This document shows positions 1-12,168 of a stretch of DNA of 64,000 nt, in pieces. The stretch spans positions 97,404,001-97,468,000 of the forward strand of contig CM052816.1 in NCBI GenBank assembly GCA_028534125.1, written 5' to 3'. The DNA is from Lama glama (lineage: Eukaryota). Made by a program: the position numbers and the translations under genes. A model generated the notes under the pieces. The model worked only from the letters and a program-made list of their open reading frames with translations. It did no database searches and was not told the origin of the DNA. Every line of letters starts with the position of its first letter. Positions within the stretch are counted from its first letter, which is position 1.

Positions 1-576
1 ACATCTCAAAAATGTTCTCCTAGAACAGTCTACTCAAGCAATAGAAATAAAAGTAAGAATAAATAAATGGGACCTAATTAAACTTACAAGCTTCTGCACA
101 GCAAAGGAAGCCATAAGTAAAACAAAAAGACAACCTATGGAATGGGAAAAAATTTTTGCAAATGATGAAACCGACAAAGGCTTGATCTCCAGAATATATA
201 AGCAGCTCATATGACATAATAAGAAAAAAAACAAACAATCCAATCCAAAAATGGGCAGAAGACCTAAACAAGCAATTCTCCAAGGAAGACATACAAATGA
301 TCAATAGACACATGAGAAAAATGCTCAATATCACTAATTATCAGAGAAATGCAAATCAAAACTACAATGAGGTATCACCTCACACCAGTCAGAATGGCCA
401 TCATTCAAAAGTCCACAAATGACAAATGCTGGAGAGGCTGTGGAGAAAAGGGAACCCTCCTACACTGCTGGTGGGAGTGCAGTTTGGTGCAGCCACTGTG
501 GAAAACAGTATGGAGATTCCTCAAAAGACTAGGAATAGACTTACCGTATGACCCAGGAATCCCACTCCTGGGCATA
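1..576 (+). mobile_element. Young LINE-1, ORF2 C-terminal part, running into an assembly gap
   Basis: Translates [44 protein letters not shown]...[10 protein letters not shown], the L1 ORF2 Cys-rich end. Confidence 0.95.
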
Positions 577-1076
577 NNNNNNNNNNNNNNNNNNNNNNNN
601 NNNNNNNNNNNNNNNNNNNNNNNNNNNNNNNNNNNNNNNNNNNNNNNNNNNNNNNNNNNNNNNNNNNNNNNNNNNNNNNNNNNNNNNNNNNNNNNNNNNN
701 NNNNNNNNNNNNNNNNNNNNNNNNNNNNNNNNNNNNNNNNNNNNNNNNNNNNNNNNNNNNNNNNNNNNNNNNNNNNNNNNNNNNNNNNNNNNNNNNNNNN
801 NNNNNNNNNNNNNNNNNNNNNNNNNNNNNNNNNNNNNNNNNNNNNNNNNNNNNNNNNNNNNNNNNNNNNNNNNNNNNNNNNNNNNNNNNNNNNNNNNNNN
901 NNNNNNNNNNNNNNNNNNNNNNNNNNNNNNNNNNNNNNNNNNNNNNNNNNNNNNNNNNNNNNNNNNNNNNNNNNNNNNNNNNNNNNNNNNNNNNNNNNNN
1001 NNNNNNNNNNNNNNNNNNNNNNNNNNNNNNNNNNNNNNNNNNNNNNNNNNNNNNNNNNNNNNNNNNNNNNNNNNNN
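577..1076. other. Assembly gap (500 N)
   Basis: Run of N. Confidence 1.
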
Positions 1077-1924
1077 CACAGGGCAGGGACAGGGGGTTTC
1101 AAGCCGCATTTCTTCGTGCTGAATTAAAACACCAGCAACGAGAGGTCTGCATACACAGTCAAGGCCGGGAGGGCCAGCCCACTAAAGTTTTTTCTTTCTG
1201 TTTTCCTAATTTCCTCAGGGAACCCTTCCAAATACACTGATGACCCATCTCCAAACCTGCCAGTACTTTCCGAAATCACTCCTTTTGGCCTGATCAAAAC
1301 CGGCACCACCGCTCAAGTCGGGCCCTGGCAACTCCACGACCCTACTCATGGAGGCCTGAAGAATGGGGTCTCTACAAGGCATCACGGAGGGGCAGCACGT
1401 GGCAACGCCGAGTTTCTCAGACTCGGCGCTCCAGACACTCAGGCCTGGAGAACCCTTGGTGGTGCCGTGGGCCTGGGCGTTGCAGGGGGCACGTAGGATG
1501 CGGGGTGGCCTCTATGGTATCCGCCCACTGGGTGACCCCAGCCAGGCTGTGGCATTAAAGACGTTTCCAGACAGGGTCACAAGGCCCTGGGGGTGAACTG
1601 ACTCCCAGCTGAGGACCACCAGCCTCATGGATAAGACTGGCCTCTGGCATCAGAACCCCTGGGCTCAAATCTCCTCTTCCAGTCTCCAGCAGCTTGGCCG
1701 TGAGCAAGGTACCTCTCCATCCTGTGTGGAGGTCTGGGCACGAGGGAGCCTGGGTCCAGCGCGCCCACCCCAGGGAGCCATGCAAGGGCTGCGGAAGGCT
1801 GTGAGTGGAAGACTCGGAACAGGGCAGCAGAGTCGGGACGAGGCCCGAGCTGGCGGCTCAGACTCCATTGGGCGCTGGAGGTGTTGATGGCTGGACCCGC
1901 ACTCGACCCGCCTGCGCGGTGATG

Positions 1925-2480
1925 AACTCACCTTACCCAAAGCGAGGTCTGGCCTTTGCCCGGGGCTCTGGGTGGGGGATCTCGGGGCTCCGGGAAAGCC
2001 CGGCCTGCTGGGGCTTTCCTTGTTCGCCTGGGGGCTCTGGCCAGCAGCCAGCCACAAGGTGATTTATGAAAGTGCTCAGGGCCACGCAGCACCAGAGAGG
2101 CTGGGACCAACAGTCAGCCGTGCAGGCAGCCCAGGGCTGAGTCCCCATCCACGCTGTGGGCACAGGAGGCTCTGCTGTCCTTCCCAGGCAGGCGGTGGAC
2201 CCGGGGCATCGCGCCAGGAGAGCAGGGCTGGCCGTGACTCCACCGGGAGGGGACACTGGAGGTTCCACACTGGGTACTTGTCGTGAACACGCCCCTTGGC
2301 TGATGTTAATCTGTATTCGTGCTTTGTAAGAAACCATAACCATGAGTCTTACAGCTTTCAAAGAGTTCCGTGGGTCCTTCCAGCAAGTTACTGAACCTCA
2401 CAGTGGTCCTGGGAACCCCAAACCTGCCCTCGGAGTCAGCAGTGAGGGTGACCCTGTGGGGACTGTTTCCCCATCTGCAT
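1925..2480 (+). mobile_element. ERV-type solo LTR, MER21C-like, diverged
   Basis: cccaaagcgaggtctggcctttgccc... and ttaatctgtattc...aaccataaccatgagt...acagctttc...ctgaacctc...gggaacccc resemble the MER21 consensus as I recall it. Confidence 0.65.
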
Positions 2481-3499
2481 CTTCTGCCAGTACTGTTAAC
2501 TGAAGCATCTTCTAATAGAAGCTTTTCCTTGAGCACCTTCCCTTGAGCTCAGTCAGCCTACTGCGCCTTCTTGAAGGAGAGCATTCATGAAGGGGCCTCC
2601 ACCTGTACTGCTGATGCCACAAGGCGCCAGGTAGTAAACTTTCGGTTAATATGGCAGAACAAATTCCTTTGAAGTCCCCATACCTGCTGAGAGGGGCAGG
2701 AGTAGCCAGGAACGTTGGGCAGGATTTCAAACTCCAGTGGGGGAATGAGACCCAAAGTGGTCCTCGTCTGGCCAGAGGTGTGAGCAGACCCACAGCGTGA
2801 GGCAGACACCCTGCACCCGCCCCCGATTTAGAAAGTGCCCCAAAATAGCTGCGCCCACCGAACCTGGCTGTGGTCTTCTCCGACCACCAAGCACACACAG
2901 CTGTGCTCCTGGAAGTGTGCTCAGGCCACCAGCGGGGCTGGCCACCCCGCCCACAAGGTCAACAGGGCCAAGGCTCCACCCACAAGCTCGTTCTGGGCCC
3001 TGGCAGCGTGACAAAGGCACCCATCATGCAGGGGTGGAGGTGAAGAAATTCCAATTCAACACGAGGCTGGAAACAACAGTGTCAAAGTGCACACGCATAA
3101 CACACACCAAGACATGCAGCCAACCGAGAGCACCTGAGAAATTGGTCTGGAGAAAACGGAAGAAAACTAACTCTGAAATAAATGTGTTTAAGATGCTGAG
3201 AGAGATTTTTACAAGCAGGCAGATAGCAGCATTAAAGCCAAAGTGTACGTTACAAAACCCAAAGATAGATACAAACAGAACGAGTGGACACACACACACA
3301 CACACATTCAACAACAAATCTGGAAACGAAAACATATAGCCATCCACCCGTGAGAGCACCAGGTGCCTGCTGCTGGTGGAGAACTCTCAGAGGAGTGAAG
3401 ACGCAGCAGTGGACAGACAGTCACTCACATCCTGCCCAGAAGGGGGTTATATTCCAGCAGGGAAGACAGTCAACTGACAAAGAGAAGGGTACGTAACAC

Positions 3500-3930
3500 G
3501 CTTTGCGGTGCTGCAGACCATTGTAAGTGCTACAGAAAAACAAGAAAGATGGGGTGTCACCCCGTGGAGCATCTGGACATCTGGGAAGGATGCTCTGAGA
3601 AGGGGCTTAGTGAGGTTACTGAGTGTAAGTGCTACAGAAAAACAAGAAAGATGGGGTGTCACCCCGTGGAGCATCTGGACATCTGGGAAGGATGCTCTGA
3701 GAAGGGGCTTAGTGAGGTTACTGAGGGTAACACTGGCGTTTTCACCGAACAGGACAGATTCTGCAATTCAGATGGAAAGGCAAGCTCAGAGGAATCTGGG
3801 CAAAGGAAGACAGAAGAACAAGAAAGGGATACCTGCCCTGGGTGATAGTGAGGCTGCTTATAAAGCTTCGTCATTAGAACCAGGTGGCCTTGGTGCTAGG
3901 AGAGACCCCTGGGTCCATGCCACAGACTAG
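3500..3930 (+). mobile_element. Ancient L1M ORF2 fragment, highly diverged
   Basis: gattctgcaattcagatggaaaggcaag...agaagaacaag...cttataaagct...caggtggccttgg follows the L1M ORF2 block (attctaaaattcatatggaaaggcaaa...aagaagaacaaa...tataaagcta...gtgtggtattgg). Confidence 0.6.
3522..3725. repeat. Perfect tandem duplication, 2 x 102 bp
   Basis: 3522-3623 is identical to 3624-3725 (tgtaagtgctacag...ggttactgag). Confidence 0.95.
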
Positions 3931-5284
3931 CAAGGATGCTCTTAACCGGGTTCCTGTTTCTGCTCCACATGCACTGGCGTGAAGGTGAAGGGACCACGGA
4001 CGGGTGTGTCATGGGAGCCAGGTGAGGCCAGGGCACGTGAAGAAGGGAGGTAGGCACAGAGCCAGGGAAGGAGCCGGCCAGAGCGTGGCGCCCCCAGACC
4101 CACAAGGAGCCTGAATGGGGGAGTCAGGAGGAGATGGGCCAGGGGAGCTTCCCTGAGCACTGGGGGCTCTCCAGGGAGCTGTCCACTAACGTAGCATCCT
4201 TTAGGGCCAGAGAGACCAACTGAGTTCACTCAGTCCAGCCTCTCCCTTTGCAGAAGAAACCAAGATCCAAAAGAGGATGATGGCTTGACCGAGGTCACAA
4301 GACAGAACGTGCCGGAAACCTGACCCCTGGGCTCACCCAGGGCCCTCTCCAGCTCAGGCACAGCAGTAATGCTTTGTCCCTTGCCCTGGCACTCGAACCC
4401 TTTTATGCTTTCCCATCTCGAATCTCTCTTCTCCCATGGCCTCCACAATAATTTGCCCTCCCTAGTCCTTGTCCCCTAATGACTTCTGCATCCCTCTGAG
4501 GTCCCTGTGCCTCTCCTACTCAGGTTCCTGAGTCCCCACCAACCCAGGGCCAGCCTTCTCGGTGCTCAGGTTACTGTCTCCCTGGATGGCCAGGAACCTC
4601 AGGGCTTCAATTACAAGCTTGAAACTAGTAACTTGTTTATCTCTATCTGCAGGCCAGAGCTGTGCCCTGGACAATGCGCCATTTTACCCAGCAGTCAGCA
4701 GGATTCGCACACGCGGCAGCAGCACAAGGGGGAAAGCCACACTCCTCTCTGAAAGATCTCACATCCTCCAGATGCATCCCTTTTCTAAGCCAAGAGCCCC
4801 CCAGGTTCAACATGAAGAACCGTGGGTTTGCCTATCGATACGACGTAACCACGTTGACACAGAATCAGCATCGCAGAAGTCTGTCTGGAAGAAGGAAGAT
4901 CCAGGATCTAAGAAATAGTTCAAGAGCAACCAGACTTTGAGAGTTAGAGGCACAAAGTCAGGCTCCAATCCCAGCAGGATTCCAGAATAATGGGAAACTC
5001 AGGGACTGGAGGAGAATGGAGCTTCCAAAACGGGGTGCGGGAGGAAACACAGACTGAGCCGTGACACAAGGGACGAGGTGAGCCTGGGCAGCGCGCTGAC
5101 TTCCAGCAGGTCTGACAAGTCAAAACGGGCACCGAGTGGCATCACCATGGGGGCACCGCTAAGAGGCTATTACAGAAGACTCTTCTCAGCTATAGGTCTG
5201 CTCTTTACAGTTTAGGGCCAAGTTTACAGAACTTAGTATGTCGCAAATCAAAAAAAAAACATGAAAAGCATCTGAACACCTTAC

Positions 5285-5482
5285 CTGGTCCCAGGGAGAG
5301 ACGGTGCCTCCGAAACACATGAACAAGTACCCCATGGCCACAAGACAAATCCATATCACCAACGAGAAAAGCCGGAGCAGCTTCTTAAACACTGACTCGA
5401 TGCAGACGAGGATGAATATCGCAAAGAAAATTGCCAGGGCAGTTGGAACTGTTATTAAAAATGCCACATGGTCTTCAACTTC
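5285..5482 (-). CDS. ADCY2: Adenylate cyclase 2, coding exon 2 (198 nt, 66 codons)
   Basis: Acceptor ttttttctctccttag|GAA. Translates EVEDHVAFLITVPTALAIFFAIFILVCIESVFKKLLRLFSLVIWICLVAMGYLFMCFGGTVSPWDQ, then donor CAG|gtaagg. Joins exon 1 in frame; the gene continues beyond the left edge. Confidence 0.97.
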
Positions 5483-5621
5483 CTAAGGAGAGAAAAAAGT
5501 ATTGCAAAGGTATAATTTAGAAAGACGTGATACCAATGATTTGTTATCAAAATGTTATCAACATTAATCAGCATCAAAATATATCAGGTTTTACAAGTGA
5601 TTTCAGAAGCAGAACATTCGG

Positions 5622-6394
5622 ACCTCACACCACTCAGAATGGCCATCATTAATAAGTCTACAAATAGTCAACGCTGGAGAGGGTGTGGAGCAAAGGGAGC
5701 CCTCCTACACTGTTGGTGGGAATGTAGTTTGGTGCAGCCACTGTGGAAAACAGTATGGAAATTCCTTTAAAAACTAAAAATAGAGTTACCATATGATCCA
5801 GCAATCCCACTCCTGGGCATATATCCAGAGAAAACACTAATTTGAAAAGATACATGCACCTCAATGGTCATAGCAGCACTATTTACAATAACCAAGACAT
5901 GGAAACAACCTAAATGTCCACCAACAGATGACTGGATAAAGAATATTCCATTCACAATGGAATATTACTCAGCCATAAAAAATGAAATAATGCCATTTGC
6001 AGACCTAGAGATTATCATACTTAGCGAAGTAAATCAGAGAAGGACAAATACCATATTATATCACTTGTATGTGGAATCTAAAAATGATATAAATGAACTT
6101 ATTTACAAAACAAATATAGACTCACAAACACAGAAAGCAGACTTATGGTTACCAATGGGGAAAGTGATGGGGGAGGGATAAATTAGGAGTCTGGGATTAA
6201 CAGATACACACCACTACATATAAAATAGATAAATAGCAAGGACCTACTGTATAGCACAGGGAACTATATTCAATATCTTGTAACAACCTATAATGAAAAA
6301 GAATCTCAAAAAGAATATATATATAACCGAATCACTTCACTGTACACCTGAAACTAACACAACATTATAAATCAAGTATACTTCAATTAAAAAA
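5622..6394 (+). mobile_element. 5'-truncated LINE-1 (ORF2 end, 3' UTR, A tail)
   Basis: [34 protein letters not shown] motif, typical 3' UTR ending tacttcaattaaaaaa; possible degenerate TSD aagYagaaca on both sides. Confidence 0.92.
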
Positions 6395-7589
6395 GTAGAA
6401 CAGTTTGAACTTCTGAAAATGTGTTTCTTATTAACCATTTTTTTCTATATAAATAGCCCAGTACTGGATATTTAAATTATGAAAAACAGCTATGCCATCA
6501 AATTTTAATTTTCTCTGATAAATGGAGAAATGGATTTTATTCGAAAGTGGAGGCAAGAGCACATAATACAAGGATAAACCAAGACAACCAACTTCACCGC
6601 CTGACCAGAGGACCAGAGATGCCCAAGCTTAGAGAATTAAGTCTTCCAAATGGATCCAAAATACTTCATTTTTAAAAACCTAAAAACTATCTCAGTCACT
6701 AAAGTGAGGAGCTTTCATTTTAATGCATGGCAATTAATGTTTTAACAGGATCATAGGTTAATAGAAAGGGGTCGGAAAGGACTAAATAGAGAAGACGAGG
6801 GAGAAGAAGATATTTGGAAGAACGTGCCATTTTGCTGATTTTCTCCCCACCTCTTCTGGGCTCAGCAGTGAAAAGAAAATGGGCATTTACTACTGGCCTC
6901 TTACTAATGCATTTTTTTAAAATCCACATTTGCACACTAACGCTGCTTTTCTATTTCTCTGTCTAGCCACACTCCTCCCAAAAGACACACTATTACGATT
7001 CTACACAATTTCACACAATGTAATGGACATCATGCCTCCTCTGATTACACGAGCCTGGCTTTAGGCTTCAGCCTCTCCAAACATGATGCTGAAATCTTGC
7101 TCTAAACAGCATGTGCTACGGGATGGAACCCAGTTTCAGATCTTCAATCATCACCCAATATGTTGAGTTACTGAAACATCCAAAGGAGTTTCAATCAAAA
7201 AACCCATCTGGCTGGGACCCTAAGAACTTCAACTGAGGTTTCAGAATATTTAAAGTTACAGCAACACTGGGGACTTATGGGGCCGCTTTTTCAAATACCA
7301 GCGCCCGGGGGAGCCCTCACCTTCTTGACGGTACAGGATTTACTCTGGGCAGTGAACAGCTCCCAGTTCACACTGGGGATGGTCCTGTTCATATATCAGG
7401 CCACCAACCACACGGAGAGGGGGAGCAAAGCAGATCAGCCAAGCAGCCACACGGACCCCAGGATAACAAGGAGAAAGACCAGGCACCCTCAGTGTCTTCA
7501 CCTCCTTCTCGCCCACAATTATATGTCACGTGGTACCTGGGGTGAAAGAGCAGCACCAACCACAGCAAACACTACCGTATATATTCTTG

Positions 7590-7755
7590 TGCTGAGCACT
7601 CAAGTGTATCAAGCTCTTGAACACTTACAACAACCCTGCGGGGGGCACCGGTGTTCGCACTACTCCACGGGTGAGAAAACAGAGGCACGGGGAATGGAAA
7701 GGAGTTCCTGAGGTTGTGGAGCTGATGGGAAGAGGACCAGGACTCCAGCCCAGGA
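7590..7755 (-). mobile_element. MIR SINE, diverged
   Basis: gtgagaaaacagaggcacggggaatggaaaggagttcctgaggttgtggagct resembles the antisense MIR core. Confidence 0.5.
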
Positions 7756-8610
7756 TCCGATCGGATGGGGGAGTTGGTGCTGCCAATACCGCGGGCTCCA
7801 CCCTCTGCTTGTGCAGAGACAGCGGCTACCCCACGTGGGGCCAGTCCCGGAGCGCAGGAAGGGTCTGTTTCCAGAGCAGCCAGAAGACAAGAGGGTCACA
7901 CGTGATGTCCTCATCCTCCCGTCCACTGCTATTTCTGTCCAGGACGAGGTGCCTCGATGCACTCTGACCCTCAGACACCTGTCCCAGTCACTGCAAAAGG
8001 GGACCAGATCCCCCCAGGCTGCGGCCCTCCCCATCACACGGGCTCCACGTCCACAAACCGAGGTCCACAGGGACACGACAGTGTGTCTTCTGAAGACGTC
8101 AAATTTGAGACCACGATCTCTACACATGTGGAGCCCTGAAAGCTGATTTTATTTTAAGCCTCCCCAAATGAACTTAACTGAGCTGCGGACAGAAAGCTAA
8201 CCAGGAAATAACCAGGACAGCTGCCTTCCTAGTGTGACTTTTCACTTATTTCATTAACGCAACAGGAGAGAAACAATCACTGATCTCACTGGCTCTGATT
8301 TCCCCAGAAAGGCTGAAAATGGTGTGAAAATGGGCCTGACCGTCAAGTGAAAACTTGTGGCTAAAGGAACGGAAGACGGCGCCTGCAAGTTCCTCCAGAA
8401 AAGGGGGAAGCAAGCCGCCCGCAGGAGGTCTCCCTGTACGCCTCCCTTAGAAGGCCTAGCTGTCAACAAGACAGAGACCCAATGTGCTACCTACCGTGCT
8501 GGGCTCGTTCTATAATGAGACCTGATGTGGGTTTGGTTCTAAATATTGGAGCCTCTCACTTTTTTTTTATATCACAGTCTCGATCACTGAGAAGTGCCTG
8601 GTCTGGGCTG

Positions 8611-8842
8611 CAGGGTGACCTTCCCACTAGGCACAGTGGACACTGTGCCTGGGTCCCACACTATTTTTAGGGGCCCACAAAAGTGTTTTAATCTCTTTCA
8701 AAATCAGAACAGCAAAAACCCAAGCTTTTAGACTCAAAGGTTACAGGCATCTTCATGCTAACACAGTGTAAACTATAATCGTGAATATACTTTTAGGGAG
8801 GAAGGGGCAGACAAAGGCCCCTCAGCCCTAACGTGGCCTTAG
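8611..8842. mobile_element. Non-autonomous hAT (Tip100-like) DNA transposon; family uncertain
   Basis: Begins cagggtgaccttcccactaggcacagtggacactgtgcctgggtcccac...agggcccacaaaagtgttttaat, matching my recall of Tip100-group elements. Confidence 0.5.
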
Positions 8843-10529
8843 GGGGCTGGCGTCCTGGCCCAGCTCACCAGACGGGACAACACCAGGTCCAGCCCACACA
8901 CCAGAGGACAACCTCCAGCTTCAAGCATGTCTCCCCACCTGGGTGGAGGGGCCGGGTTCCCTGGTGGCCAAGAGCTGAAGACAGCCAGCCACGGCTCATG
9001 AGGCCAGTCGCACTGACCACTGCAAAGCCTGAGCCCCCGGAAGAACTGGGGGCTCTTCTAAAAAAAGAACAGCCAATCATTTATTCTGCCTCTGCCTTTT
9101 GAACTCCTAACCCCCAACAGCTTTTCATATGGACGCCTCCACTACACAGAATCTTTTATAAGGGTGTCAAGGAAAAAACAGTAGAGTATTCATTAAAGAT
9201 TGTATAAGCTTATAAACTGCATTCTTTCCTAGCCCCGTGTCTGCATCATGTGTTTTTCTTAAGGCTCAGTAACTGGAACAGCAGAAGGCCCTCAGCCCTT
9301 GAATTACAAGGTCTCCTCCCCCGTCACTCCGGTCCCAGTGGACAGGAAGTTGAATGAAGCCACAACGGCTCACCCCATGGGGCTGCTGTCTCAGGAGCTA
9401 GATGGGTTTTAAAAATTCAGAGTTTCAAGCAAGTAGAGTAGCTGAAAATAAAGTGAACTGAAACAGTGAAAACATCATCAACCTAAATTAAATGTTTATG
9501 TATCCCAACCCCTCCTCCCTTCATGGGAGGAAAAAATTACCGTATTAAGCAAACTAATTGAAATGTACTAAAATGCCTTTATTAGTACTAAAATGCCTTT
9601 AAAACACATCTTTTAAAAGGTTTAAAAAATTACCATACAATGCAAACTAAATAAAATGTACTAAAATGCCTTTAAAGGGGAGCTCAGGAGCACAGCATTA
9701 TCACTGTAATGATAATGGCTTCCTGTCCCTCTTCTGGAATGTTTCAACCTCTCCTTGTCAATGCATTTCCAAGTAATTTGCCATGGCTTCTAATTGCCAG
9801 GCCTATTAAACACCCATCGCTTTTATTTATTCTGTGACAACTGCTTTGTTTCTTGTAGGCTTTTCCCAGAGCCAGAGATTATCTCTATTTTCATTCTTTT
9901 CCACGTGTATTTGCCATTTTTTGTTAAACAGTACTATTTTTCTTTTAGATGATAAAGGACAGACTAATGCAAAAAAAAAAAAAACTTCTTTCCTATAAAA
10001 AGAGTATTTAAGTGAAGTGCTTTGAAGTCCGACAGATTGAAGGCAGAAATCCATTTCCATCACGTGCTGTGGCTCGGGGTGAGCCCTGGGCCCCCCCAAG
10101 CCCGTTTCCTCACATCAGCAGCAGCACAGACGCCGTGCGGCTGGTGGGGCTGAGAGCATCCCGGCACAGTGTAAATGACAGACACGATTATCGTGATGAC
10201 CATCGCTCCCTCTTTCCTTAAATCTCATTACTTTTCCACCAAGGCTGGCCTGACTATTCGTTGAAATGACGTCTACTTTGAATTCTAAACAATTATATAC
10301 TTTATCACCACAAATTCTTTTGAAGGGTTGTCACTGGGCAAAAAGAAATCAGCCTTTAGCTGATACATTTGACTGTAGATGTATGTGTACAGACACGTAT
10401 TTTAATTCATTTGTGCTAGCGTGTGTATATGATACATAATAGAAAATGCATTTTTTATTCATTTCCACATATATGGGCATACTCCATTTTACCATAAGGT
10501 GTGAAAGGAATAAAAAAATCCTAAATAAA

Positions 10530-11070
10530 ATATTCTATAAAACCCTGATGAAATAAATCCAAGATGATCTCAATAAATGGAGAGATAGCCCAGGTACATA
10601 AACAGGAAGACTTAATATTGTCAAGATGTCAGTTCTCTTTCAATTAATCTATATAGTCAATGCAGTCCCAGTTGAAATCACAGCAAGTTAATTTTATAGA
10701 TATCAACACACTGATTCTGAAGTTTAAGTGCAGAGGCAGAAGTCCCAGAAGAGCCAACACAATGAAGGGGAAGAACAGAGTTGTGGGACCGACACTACGG
10801 GACTTCAAGACTCAGTGTAAAGCTCCAGCTACCAAGGAGGGGCGGGATTACAGGGGAAGAGACAAATAGGTCAATGGGATGGACAGACCCCCACTACTGT
10901 AGTCAACTGATACTTACAAAGGAGCAAAGACAACCCCATGCAGAAAGGACAGAACAAAGACACAGATATCCACATGCAGAATATGAACCTAGATGCATAC
11001 TTAACATCGTTCACAAAAATCAACTCAAAATGCACCACAGATCTCAGTGTAAAATGCAAAGTAATTCTGA
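10530..11070 (+). mobile_element. Old L1M ORF2 fragment
   Basis: aataaatggagagatag...ggaagacttaatattgtcaagatgtcagttctc...gattctgaagtttaag...; ORF remnants such as NLDAYLTSFTKINSK. Confidence 0.85.
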
Positions 11071-11129
11071 AAAAGTCTGGAAGCCTTCCCATGCGCACAC
11101 TTGTGTTGTACAGTAAAAGTGATGCCCAG

Positions 11130-11640
11130 AGGGAAACTGGTCTTTTTACTAGTTGAGCTGAGTTGTTCTCTTGTCAATTTGGTTTCCCTGGGAGTCACAT
11201 TTCTTAGAACCCCTTTCCCTCTCCGGCTCTTGGTTAGAGTTGAACAGAAGAGGAATTTATGCCAGAATTGGGGAGTGAAAGAGGGGCAGGTCCTCACCAG
11301 GATCCCCTTCTCTGAATACTGCCAGGTGAGAGCTGGCCCCCCCAGGTGCTTGCCTAGGATTTGGGAGGTGGAAACCCAGCAGCCCTCAGGAAGGGCCGTC
11401 TGCGGGCTTGCATGTGGTTGAGTCACACCTGGAGGCACCTGGAAAGACCCAGCCCGCCCTGGCTCCCCGCTGCTCCACACACAGCACTCTGACCCAGCAG
11501 CCAGGACCAGCTCCCCGCTATGTATCTCCCTGTGATGCCCCACAAAGGCCACAGCCTCTCAGGAACTTCCTGAACAGGCTCTTCCGCAGGTGCACATGCT
11601 CTGCTCCTTGGATGTCCCTGAAAGCCCCAACTGGCTAGCA
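11130..11640. mobile_element. ERVL-type LTR fragment (LTR33/LTR16-like)
   Basis: agaacccctttccctctccggctcttggttagagttgaacagaagaggaattt...gatttgggaggtggaa resembles LTR33 as I recall it. Confidence 0.4.
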
Positions 11641-11799
11641 ACTCCTCTGCAGATCGCAATGCTCCCTGCTGGTGCCAAGCTGGATATTACAAAAGGAGGC
11701 TGAAAACTCATGAATTCAGGATCCCACTTCAGAAATTAGCAAAAGAACTAAAGAAACCCAAAGAAAGCAAAAGAAGGTGGGGTGGTCAGGGACTTTCCA

Positions 11800-12168
11800 A
11801 AATATCCCTAATTTCCTTCTTCTGGGTTCCTTCCGGGAGCATTTCCTGACCTCCTTTGAAGTTACAAGGAGCCATGCTTCGGCCGATAAAATGTGAACAG
11901 AAGTAAAATGTTTCTCCCCTGGGCAGAGGCATGTAAATGCCAGCGTGAGGCCACGGGGCACTTTCATTCTGTGGTACAACGATTACGAAAGCACGTGTCA
12001 TGAGGGAGCCTCCTACAGTCCAGCTCTCCAAGTAACTGAGATGAGCAGAACCTCCCTCCTGGTCTGCTCTGGCCAGGACGTGTACGCAAGAAATAAACCT
12101 CTGGTGTGGGAGCCAAATTCGAGGGTTGTTTATTAACCCATCACAACCTGTAACACTCTCACTGATAT
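11800..12168 (+). mobile_element. MaLR (old MLT1, J-like) LTR, putative 5' LTR
   Basis: caagaaataaacctctggtgtgggagcc...gggttgtttattaac...actgatata end signature. Confidence 0.65.

Noticed and set aside
349..1240. Long ORFs of 193-257 aa (likewise those at 46327-47071)
   Set aside because: Their length comes from N runs; the real parts are L1 ORF2 fragments.
3508..3930. ORFs with an internal 34-aa repeat, superficially like a repeat protein or CRISPR-like array
   Set aside because: Caused by the 102-bp (3n) tandem duplication in decayed L1; only two copies, no spacers, mammalian intron.
5186..5284. ORF read-through beyond exon 2 (VRCSDAFHV...)
   Set aside because: Intronic continuation past a strong CAG|gtaagg donor; no support for coding.
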